Below, one piece after another: positions 56,746 through 64,000 of a DNA stretch of 64,000 nucleotides (the stretch's first letter is position 1; every line of letters begins with the position of its first letter). The translations under genes were made by a program, and so were the position numbers. Location of the stretch: positions 2,873 to 66,872 of the forward strand of contig JAFSLR010000313.1 of assembly GCA_017448375.1 (NCBI GenBank). The letters are read 5' to 3'. Under the pieces are notes generated by a model. The model did not search any database, was not told where the DNA came from, and was given only the letters and a program-made list of their open reading frames with translations. Source of the DNA: Synergistaceae bacterium (lineage in GTDB: Bacteria; Synergistota; Synergistia; Synergistales; Aminobacteriaceae).

Positions 56746-57932
56746 ATTCCGAATATATCCGAACAAAGAGCAGAGAATAATGTTTGCCAAAACCTTTGGC
56801 TGTGTTAGGTTCATATACAACCGAATGCTGGCAGACAAGATTGCTCACTATAAGAAAAAAGGCCAGACAACTTCAGACAACACCTGCACAGTATAAAACC
56901 GAGTTTGAGTGGCTTAAAGAAGTGGACAGTTTAGCATTAGCCAATGCCCAGTTAAATCTTCAGTCAGCATACAAAAATTACTTCAGCCAAAAACGAGTAG
57001 GCTTTCCGAAGTTCAAGAGCAAGAAGAAAAGCCGAATGCGTTATACAACGAACAATCAAAACGGGAGCGTGAGGATAGAGAACGGGAAACTCAAGTTGCC
57101 GAAAGTAGGCTTTGTGAAGATAGTACAGCACCGCCCGATGATAGGGAAGATTAAGAGTGTAACGATTGAGAGGACACCGACGAATAAATATTATGCGAGC
57201 ATACTTGTGGAGTACGAAAAACAAGTTCCCGAAGTAGAATTGCATAGGTTTATCGGACTGGATTTCTCAATGCACGATTTATACGTAACATCAGAAGGAG
57301 AAAGGGCGAACTATCCAAGATTTTTACGAAAGAGTGAAAAGAAACTAGCGCGTTTATGTAGCCGTCATTCAAGGCGGAAACTAGGAAGTCAGAACCGCGA
57401 ACGTATGAGACTGAAAGTGTGTCTAATGTACGAGAAAATCACCAATCAACGGCTGGACTTTCTGCACAAAAAGTCATATGAATTATCTGAGGATTATGAC
57501 GCGGTGTGCATAGAGACACTGAACATGCAGGCGATGAGCAGGACATTGCACTTCGGGAAGTCAGTAGCAGATGACAGCTTCGGAAAATTTCGGGATATGT
57601 TGGATTACAAGTTGTATTTTCGCGGTAAAAAACTGGTGAAAGTAGACAAATGGTTTGCGTCCAGCCAGTTATGCAGTAAATGCGGATATAAGAATGTCCA
57701 AGTGAAAGACCTGAAAGTGCGAGAGTGGAAATGCCCGTTATGCGGAACAGAGCATGACCGAGACATAAATGCGGCAATAAATATCTGCGAAGAAGGAAAA
57801 CGAATTACCTTCCCTTCGGGGCTGCGCTATGGGACTACGGGAAGTTACGCCTATGGAGAAGATGTACTGCGTCCTTCGGCAAGACGACTCCAGCTAGAAC
57901 ATCGGACTGTAGCGCAATCTTCGCTGAAGTAG
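56729..57932 (+). pseudogene. tnpB: TnpB, N-terminal 55 codons in a different frame from the rest (frame change at the A6 run 56855-56860)
   Basis: ATG 56729 gives MNRAYKFRIYPNKEQRIMFAKTFGCVRFIYNRMLADKIAHYKKKGQ.. then a stop at 56894. Track ORF 56784..57932 continues ..TTPAQYKTEFEWLKEVDS.. with RuvC and CxxC..CxxC motifs (CSKCGY..CPLCG). Confidence 0.8.
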
Positions 57933-57936
57933 GAAG

Positions 57937-57958
57937 CCGCCACTTCTATAAGTGGCGG
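57937..57958 (+). other. Perfect 9-bp hairpin at the IS right end (candidate RE / omega-RNA 3' structure)
   Basis: ccgccactt ctat aagtggcgg, 5 nt after the tnpB stop. Confidence 0.55.
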
Positions 57959-58099
57959 TAGTTCACAGTATAAAATTTAACTTCATATGCTTAATATGTT
58001 TTTAAACATATGATTCCATTTTGCGATGCGCAACCGCTGACCCGAAAATCTTCGCTAAACATGCAAAGCCCGGTAACGCCGTATTCCGCTCGGTCATAA

Positions 58100-58225
<126 letters not shown>

Positions 58226-58270
58226 TGATAAAATTGAGGGCGAAATGATGATTTAGGAAAGGATGGTATT

Positions 58271-59896
58271 ATGTTACGCAAGATTTTGACAGTAGCGTTA
58301 CTGCTGGCGTTGTCAGCTGTTACTTCTGAGGGAGCTGCACCGGATAAGGACATTATTATTGTATACACCAATGATGTTCACTGCGGAGTTGAAGATAACA
58401 TCGGCTACGCAGGGTTCGCATTCTACAGAAACGAGATGAGGAAGCTCACGCCGTATGTTACGACAGTCGATGCCGGCGACTTTTCACAGGGAGCGACAAT
58501 AGGAATGCTCTCTCAGGGACGCTACATAGTCGAAATCATGAACGCAATTGGTTATGACGTTGCCGCGCCCGGTAATCACGAATTTGATTACACAATGGGA
58601 ATGTTCGAGAACTTTAACAAAAATCTGTCATGCGGCTTTATTGCATGCAACATCAGGACAGTCTCGGACGACAAATTAATTCTCCCTGCCTATAAAATCC
58701 TCTCATATGGAGATGTCAAAGTAGCTTACATCGGAGTGACCACACCTGACACGATCGCAAAGTCTACACCGACATACTTCATGGACGAGGCAAGGCAGAA
58801 TTACATATACACGTTTGACGGAGATATGACAGGCGAGAAATTAATTGCGGATATTCAGAAAGCTGTTGATGAAGTACGCGCAAAGGGAGTTGATTACGTT
58901 ATCGTTGTTGGTCATTTAGGCGAATATGACGATGCCTTGACTGAAGCATGGACTTCACCGTTCATAGCAGCGAGGACACATGGAATTGACGCGTTCATAG
59001 ACGGACATTCTCATGAGGTAACACCTGAGCTGAAGATTAAGAATGCCGAAGGGAAGGACGTAATAATCACGCAGTCAGGCACAAAGCTGAGGCATATCGG
59101 TCTGGTTACGATTGAAACAGATGGGAAAGTTTCATCAAAGCTCATTGATTCATCGAACGGAAAAGATGAAGGAATCGACATAGTGATTCAGAATATAAAA
59201 GGCAGGTTTGAGGAAACAATAAAATCTCATCAGGGCTATACGAGTTTTGATCTTGTAGCAGTCGATGATGAAGGCAAATGGCTTGCGAGAGATGCCGAGA
59301 CGAATCTTTGCAACCTTCTGGCTGACGCTTATCTTGAAGCTGCTTCGATGACGAAGACTGGCAGCGCTGATATTTCATTCATACATGCGGGGGGTCTCCG
59401 AACGAACATAAAGGCAGGCGAGATAGCCTTCAATGACGTAATCTCAGTTCTGCCGTATGGAAATACTGTATGTATTGCCGAAGTGAGCGGTCAGACGATA
59501 CTTGATGAGCTTGAATTTGGAGCGAGAACAGCACCGGGAAAAAACGCAGGTTTATTACATGCCGCTGGACTGACATACACGATTGATTCAAGAATCCCTA
59601 CGCCGGTGAAAGTCGATAAGAACAACATGCTCGAAAGCATTGAAGGGGAACGCAGAGTTAAAGATGTCAAAGTGAAGGGCGAAGCGATTGCCCCTGAGAA
59701 AATCTATAATGTAGTGTCAACTAATTATGTTTTTTTCGAGAAGGGAAACGGTCATGTTTTCTCAGGAGCAAAACTAATTGAGGCAGATTTCGCAACCGAT
59801 GCTGAAATTTTGGGGTGTTACATAAGGAAGCTCGAAATTATTCCCGAAGCGTATGGGAACACAAAAGGTCAGGGAAGACTCAAAATAATCAAGTAG
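58271..59896 (+). CDS. Secreted bifunctional metallophosphatase / 5'-nucleotidase (UshA family)
   Basis: Signal peptide. YTNDVHCG, DAGDFSQG, GNHEFD, GHLG and GHSH motifs, plus a C-terminal nucleotidase domain. Confidence 0.85.
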   Translation: MLRKILTVALLLALSAVTSEGAAPDKDIIIVYTNDVHCGVEDNIGYAGFAFYRNEMRKLTPYVTTVDAGDFSQGATIGMLSQGRYIVEIMNAIGYDVAAPGNHEFDYTMGMFENFNKNLSCGFIACNIRTVSDDKLILPAYKILSYGDVKVAYIGVTTPDTIAKSTPTYFMDEARQNYIYTFDGDMTGEKLIADIQKAVDEVRAKGVDYVIVVGHLGEYDDALTEAWTSPFIAARTHGIDAFIDGHSHEVTPELKIKNAEGKDVIITQSGTKLRHIGLVTIETDGKVSSKLIDSSNGKDEGIDIVIQNIKGRFEETIKSHQGYTSFDLVAVDDEGKWLARDAETNLCNLLADAYLEAASMTKTGSADISFIHAGGLRTNIKAGEIAFNDVISVLPYGNTVCIAEVSGQTILDELEFGARTAPGKNAGLLHAAGLTYTIDSRIPTPVKVDKNNMLESIEGERRVKDVKVKGEAIAPEKIYNVVSTNYVFFEKGNGHVFSGAKLIEADFATDAEILGCYIRKLEIIPEAYGNTKGQGRLKIIK

Positions 59897-59913
59897 AAGA
59901 GAATAACAATTAC

Positions 59914-60489
59914 TTAGGGCAGTTTCACAAACTCGGTTCTGTCCTTTCTGCCTTTGCCCTGAACATACAGAACGGTGAAGTCTCCTAATATCCTTATATC
60001 TTCAACGTTCGCGCGGCTAACCTCTATAGTCCTTAACCCACCAACGCTCATCAAAGCCATGATCGCATAGTTCCTTTTGCCTTCCAAGGTTTCACGTTCT
60101 ATTGTGCTCAGCACCAGCTTTAACAGCTTTGCGCCAAGGAAGTCTCTCTTGTGTCCTCTTTCCTGTCTTGGAGCTTTTACGCCGACGGCCACATTCGGAA
60201 AAATGTTTTTCTGCTCACACCACGAGAAGAAACGACGAGTAGCGGCAAGATAGAGAGCTATTGTTGCGGATTTGCAGCTTCGAGCTTCTAGTGTCTTCTT
60301 GAATAAGAGAATATCGTCATATTTAGGTTTAGAGATATTATTGCTATGAAGAAAAGAGAATAACTGTTTTAGAGCTCTACGGTAAGTAGCCATAGTCTTC
60401 TCAGAAACGTAAAGGAATAAGAAGAAGTCAGTTAAAAGGTTATCACAGAAAGACTTAATATCATAATACTGTTTTTCTTCTAAGTTCAT
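59914..60489 (-). pseudogene. Tyrosine recombinase (XerC/D-like), truncated after catalytic box I
   Basis: 191 aa. Has the SAM-like N-domain and GLRTIEVSRANVEDI (first Arg) but lacks the H-x-x-R and Tyr regions. It ends 17 nt from the convergent 5'-nucleotidase stop. Confidence 0.65.
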
Positions 60490-60757
60490 TTATCCCTTTC
60501 GCTCCTTAACAATTTGAGTATAAATATTATACATTTTGAACTCCAAAACTGTAAAACGGGCAGTAACACAGAAATTCGGGGCAGATTCGGTTTCTATGTT
60601 TTCTACGGTTTCTACGGACACGGCAGAATAGACTCACTACCGACATTAGTTTTATGAACTGATAAGGCGGCCAAGTGCCGATGCTCCAAAGTTCCGGCGT
60701 TGACAGACACTCCCCCTTTATCCATTTACACACGGTGAGAAAAGCCGTTTTTATTTT

Positions 60758-61060
60758 TTATCCCTGATCAGCCGCGTCTGTGTCTGAACCGGAAATGTCC
60801 TCACTGCTTTCCTTGGGCGGAATCTTGAGAGTGATTCTTGTAGCGTAAAGATTGCCTGAGCTGACTGCGCTGTCCTTAATCGTACCTTTCCTGTTATTTA
60901 CTGTGAATGACTCTTTTGCCCAGTAGCGGCCATGAGATGATTCTATTTTACGTTCTTCTGTGTTTGCGTCCTCTGTATTTGCGGCAACAGACACAGAACC
61001 CACAGAACCGATGGCGGCAAAAAGAACTGTGATGACTATCAGTAAAAATTTTTTCTTCAT
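60758..61060 (-). CDS. Small secreted protein (signal peptide), unknown function
   Basis: MKKKFLLIVITVLFAAIGSVGSVSVAAN.. 100 aa. Confidence 0.5.
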   Translation of the reverse strand: MKKKFLLIVITVLFAAIGSVGSVSVAANTEDANTEERKIESSHGRYWAKESFTVNNRKGTIKDSAVSSGNLYATRITLKIPPKESSEDISGSDTDAADQG

Positions 61061-61359
61061 GATCTGCTATCATCCTTGTGATAATTGAATCACTGTGTCC
61101 GTAATCATAAGGGTTGACGCGGTTTAAGTCAACACGCACCAACACACAGGGGGCAAGATGAGGCAGTCGAGGGCATGTCAAAACGGCACTTTTAAGGCTA
61201 CTCAGAGGAAGGCAGAGGATAGAACACTCGATGGGGCTTTTCTGAATCGCAATTTAGGGCTTCTACGCAGAACGGGGTAGATCCAACAACGGCTGAAAAC
61301 GGCTAAAGCCGCGAGAGCCGTGATGAAACCGCTAAAGGGCCGACCAAGAAGGGCCGATG

Positions 61360-61383
61360 CGCCCGAACCGCCGAACTTTGCAG
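61360..61383 (+). repeat. 24-nt direct repeat, copy 1
   Basis: gcgcccgaaccgccgaactttgca matches 63003-63026 at 23 of 24 positions. Confidence 0.8.
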
Positions 61384-61525
61384 GGGCGGAGGGAATTTGC
61401 TTGCCTGCGGTTCAAGCCCTCATCGAAGTAAACTAAAATCCAGATGGAAGGCCTTGATGTTTTTACGAATCAGCAAGACCGCAGCAGCAAGGCCATGTCC
61501 CATCTTGCTTATAATTGTGGAAACA

Positions 61526-62338
61526 TCATTTGTTCAACAGAATGCCCTTATAATACTTACGGAAAGCTTCATCGCCTATTTCCTGACGCTTTTGCCATAC
61601 AGCCTTAGCAGTCTTACCCGTGACATAAGTCATTCGGTCATCGTCATCATCCGTAACAGCAAAATATGCGTCTTGAGCCGCTTCTTGTGCATCCTCGATG
61701 TCATTCAAATCAGGCATCAAAAACTGAACCTGCTTGTCCACATATTCTTTATACTCTTCAGGCATTGTTCCGCCGCCTTCCATTTTGAAGCCGGTCTTAA
61801 CGACTCCAGGTACAAGCGTCTTCACACGAATATTGAACGGCGCAAGCTCGAAATAAAGCATTTCGCACATTCCTGTGACTGCCCACTTGTCCGCCGCATA
61901 AACGCCGTCAAGGATTAAACCCATCTCACCGGCCAGTGATGTTGTGGTCAGGATAGTTCCGGATTTTCTGGCCTTGAAATGAGGAATGAATGCCTGTGTT
62001 ACACGGATCATGCCGAGAATATTTGTGTCAATGGACTTTTTCATCATGGCTTCGTCCATATCTTCAAATCGTGCTTTCATTCCATAACCAGCATTATTGA
62101 AGAGAACATCGACATTGAATTGTTTTAGCACGGTTGAGACAGTTTCTTTGACTTGCGTCGGATTCGTAATGTCCAAAGGATATAAAGCTACGTTCTTGTA
62201 GCTTGTCAGCTCCCCCAGCTCTGCTTCTTTTGAGGGATTTCGCATTGTTGCAATGACCGTCCAGTTCTTTTCTGCAAAGAGCTTCGCCGTTGCTTTTCCA
62301 ATCCCTGATGATGCGCCTGTGATAAAAATTGTGTTCAT
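61526..62338 (-). CDS. Short-chain dehydrogenase/reductase (SDR)
   Basis: ITGASSGIGKATA, NNAG, YAADK. Confidence 0.85.
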   Translation of the reverse strand: MNTIFITGASSGIGKATAKLFAEKNWTVIATMRNPSKEAELGELTSYKNVALYPLDITNPTQVKETVSTVLKQFNVDVLFNNAGYGMKARFEDMDEAMMKKSIDTNILGMIRVTQAFIPHFKARKSGTILTTTSLAGEMGLILDGVYAADKWAVTGMCEMLYFELAPFNIRVKTLVPGVVKTGFKMEGGGTMPEEYKEYVDKQVQFLMPDLNDIEDAQEAAQDAYFAVTDDDDDRMTYVTGKTAKAVWQKRQEIGDEAFRKYYKGILLNK

Positions 62339-62340
62339 GT

Positions 62341-62883
62341 TTAGACTCCTTTCCCCATCTCATAAGCCTTCTGCATCGTAGCTTCGGACTTCCTCACATC
62401 TCCCGGCTCTCCAGTTTCAAAACCGAACAAATAGCCGCCTTCTGTGACTGTCTCATCGTAGCAGGCCAGATAATTGCGGAAGCTGTCCAGCATCATCTTG
62501 CACCAGCTTTCATCGGGGGACATGCAGGTGCTAAGAAGATAGAAGACTTTATTATGCATTGTGGAAAGCAAAGCATAGGTTCGATCAATAACAGCCTTTA
62601 ATTGAGCCGTCCATGTGTAGTAGTAAATTGGCGAAGCCAAGACAATAACATCGGCTGACAGAATTTTACTGTAAAGTTCTGCCATGTCATCGTGTTGGAC
62701 GCATTTCCCGCCGTTGCGCTGACAGCCGTTACAGCCGAGACAGCCCTTGATGGTTTTATCGGCGATATTGATTTTCTCGACTCTGTGTCCGGCTTCTTCT
62801 GCGCCACGCGCAAATTCATCACAGAGAATGCTCGTGTTCCCGTGTTTCCTAGGACTACCCATGAGGATTAAAATATTCGACAT
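62341..62883 (-). CDS. Flavodoxin-like FMN-dependent NAD(P)H oxidoreductase (iron-sulfur flavoprotein-like)
   Basis: ILILMGSPRKHGNTS, CLGCNGCQRNGGKC, VLASPIYYY. Confidence 0.75.
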   Translation of the reverse strand: MSNILILMGSPRKHGNTSILCDEFARGAEEAGHRVEKINIADKTIKGCLGCNGCQRNGGKCVQHDDMAELYSKILSADVIVLASPIYYYTWTAQLKAVIDRTYALLSTMHNKVFYLLSTCMSPDESWCKMMLDSFRNYLACYDETVTEGGYLFGFETGEPGDVRKSEATMQKAYEMGKGV

Positions 62884-62922
62884 TTTTTATTAGTTCTCCT
62901 AATTTAAGTTTAAAAAAAAATC

Positions 62923-63429
62923 TTAGATATTATTATACATTAACAGTGAAGAGATATTGAAGAGACCGGCCATGAAGGGCTGAAGCTGCTGAAGCTGCTG
63001 AAGCGCCCGAGCCGCCGAACTTTGCAACTTCGGTACGTATTTCCATTCCGACGTTTCACAGTAAGAACATGTCTTCACAAAATCGACAAATTGTGATAAA
63101 TTGATTTCATCGTAAAAAGAAGGAGATATTAACTCAAACTTCCCATAAGGATTTGATCGCTTCACCTTTGTAAATAAAGGCATATTGGCGGGGTTCATGC
63201 CTGCATTGACCCTGCTTTGACCAGTTAGGACGGCGTTATCCTCATTAAAGACTTGAACATTAATGTGTTCAAGTTCTTCGGAGAAATAGTTAAGAGTTCC
63301 ATTCTCAATGGCTTTCAGGTATTCTCCTTTGGTCTGCTTCATTCCTGTCATGTGAATCAGAACAAAAGAATCATCGAAGATTCTCTCAAGGTGAACAACG
63401 TCTTTAGCGACCGATAAAAAATCTATATG
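62923..63429 (-). pseudogene. NTF2-like (DUF4440/SnoaL-like) gene lacking a proper start, with an aberrant C-terminal extension
   Basis: Track ORF 62923..63351. The frame is open upstream (..IDFLSVAKDVVHLERIFDDSFVLIHMTGMKQTKGEYLKAIENG..) but has no start codon. The tail ..ARALQQLQQLQPFMAG runs through repeat DNA. Confidence 0.35.
63003..63026 (+). repeat. 24-nt direct repeat, copy 2
   Basis: gcgcccgagccgccgaactttgca, preceded by a 3x tandem gctgaagct (62980-63006). Confidence 0.8.
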
Positions 63430-63437
63430 ATAAAATA

Positions 63438-63453
63438 TTAACTAATTGGTTAA
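63438..63453. promoter_or_regulatory. Near-palindrome TTAACTAATTGGTTAA upstream of higB (candidate HigA operator)
   Basis: 14 of 16 positions are palindromic. It overlaps -10-like TAAAAT/TAATAT hexamers, about 20 nt before the higB start. Confidence 0.35.
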
Positions 63454-63471
63454 TATTTCGGTGGTGGTGTT

Positions 63472-63810
63472 TTGGTAATAAAGTATGCAAATAAACGTGT
63501 AGAAAAGTATTTTAGCGATTACAGCGAAATGAAGAAAAAAATTCCTGCTGAGTGGGTCAGGAATATCAAAAAGCATATTGACAGAATGAAAGCTGCTGAA
63601 ACATTCGGCGATTTTCTTTTGTTAGGTCTGGGGCATCCCGAACTGCTCAAAGGGCAAGACGCAGGAAAGTATTCGATTCATGTTACAGGGAACGTAAGGC
63701 TGATCGTGAAGCCTTATGATGACGGCAAAGCTGTGATGATTTGTGAAGAGATTGTAATGGAAGGAGTAGTTGATTATCATGGCGGCAAACAAACTTGGTA
63801 TATCTCCTGA
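63472..63810 (+). CDS. higB: HigB-like RelE/ParE-superfamily toxin (plasmid maintenance system killer)
   Basis: MVIKYANKRVEKYF..IKKHIDRMKAAETFGDF..GHPELLKGQDAGKYSIHVTGNVRLIVKP..VDYH. Confidence 0.75.
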   Translation: MVIKYANKRVEKYFSDYSEMKKKIPAEWVRNIKKHIDRMKAAETFGDFLLLGLGHPELLKGQDAGKYSIHVTGNVRLIVKPYDDGKAVMICEEIVMEGVVDYHGGKQTWYIS

Positions 63811-64000
63811 TTTGTTGATTCACCCAGGTGAAACAATTTCTGATATTTTAGGAGAGCGCAAAATCACTCAGAAAGAATTGGCGCAAAGGGCAGGAGTATC
63901 TGAGCCGTTTTTAAGCGATGTAATTCATGGGAAGAAAGACATTTCTAAAAGGTTAGCCGTTGGGCTTGAGTATGCGTTAGGAGTTCCGAGTTCATTCTGG
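63779..64000 (+). CDS. higA: HigA-family XRE HTH antitoxin; partial, runs off the right edge
   Basis: My translation from ATG 63779: MAANKLGISPDLLIHPGETISDILGERKITQKELAQRAGVSEPFLSDVIHGKKDISKRLAVGLEYALGVPSSFW. It overlaps the end of higB. Confidence 0.8.
   Translation, partial: MAANKLGISPDLLIHPGETISDILGERKITQKELAQRAGVSEPFLSDVIHGKKDISKRLAVGLEYALGVPSSFW

Larger units (their letters stand above)
56560..57960 (+). mobile_element. IS200/IS605-family element, 5'-truncated (tnpA stub + frameshifted tnpB + right-end hairpin)
   Basis: See the component features. It begins immediately after the aminotransferase stop codon. Confidence 0.6.

Noticed and set aside
48690-57960. Composite transposon formed by the two TnpB elements around the KAS III operon
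   Set aside because: The two tnpB genes belong to clearly different subfamilies (no similarity at the N-termini and different end hairpins). Both are decayed, and IS200/IS605 elements are not known to mobilise as composite transposons. Treated as independent insertions.

Overview
This 64-kb window is densely coded and looks like accessory DNA. The taxon cannot be determined from the sequence alone. There is no rRNA, tRNA or CRISPR array. Contents from left to right:

- **1-8.3 kb (minus strand):** a ten-ORF, translationally coupled operon. It combines a TerY-P-like triad (vWA proteins, PP2C phosphatase, Hanks kinase) with a two-module ClpB-like AAA+ ATPase split by a frame change, an orphan NrdG-like radical SAM enzyme, a zinc-ribbon/FHA protein and an ERK-rich coiled-coil protein.
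- **9.3-11.9 kb:** a modular ankyrin-repeat gene split by a frame change.
- **12.5-18 kb:** a replicon remnant (wHTH + DnaC-like Rep, ParA, ParB, 5'-truncated SF2 helicase).
- **18-20 kb:** a secreted nucleoside 2-deoxyribosyltransferase-like gene followed by a methyltransferase-STAS fusion.
- **21-33.5 kb:** a TIR island with two TIR-NB-ARC-TPR STAND proteins, a TIR-Sel1 protein and a TIR-TM-YD-Sel1 protein. It also has an ion-channel-like membrane protein with tandem Rossmann modules and a RyR-like C-terminus, encoded 1 nt upstream of one TIR-STAND gene. Rpn-like PD-(D/E)XK genes sit on both sides, and gene remnants (TIR-like stub, PIN fragment) lie inside.
- **34-36.8 kb:** an M23 peptidase-LRR-Ig surface protein with a clean terminator.
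- **38-42 kb:** housekeeping-like genes (RecD2, flavodoxin, YfcE-like phosphoesterase, LMW-PTP).
- **42.9-44.4 kb:** 1.6 kb with little convincing coding, flanked by ~105-nt direct repeats.
- **45.5-56.6 kb:** a glycan/acyl cluster (GT2, MATE-HATPase fusion, 3x KAS III, 2x ACP, NeuD-like acyltransferase, methyltransferase, DegT aminotransferase). Two decayed IS200/IS605-type TnpB elements interrupt and bound it.
- **58-64 kb:** 5'-nucleotidase, a truncated integrase, an SDR/flavoprotein pair flanked by a 24-nt direct repeat, and higBA at the right edge.

The two strongest candidates for an undescribed system are the extended TerY-P operon and the RyR-like channel + TIR-STAND pair within the TIR island. 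All domain calls come from motif reading of the translations. No database search was run.
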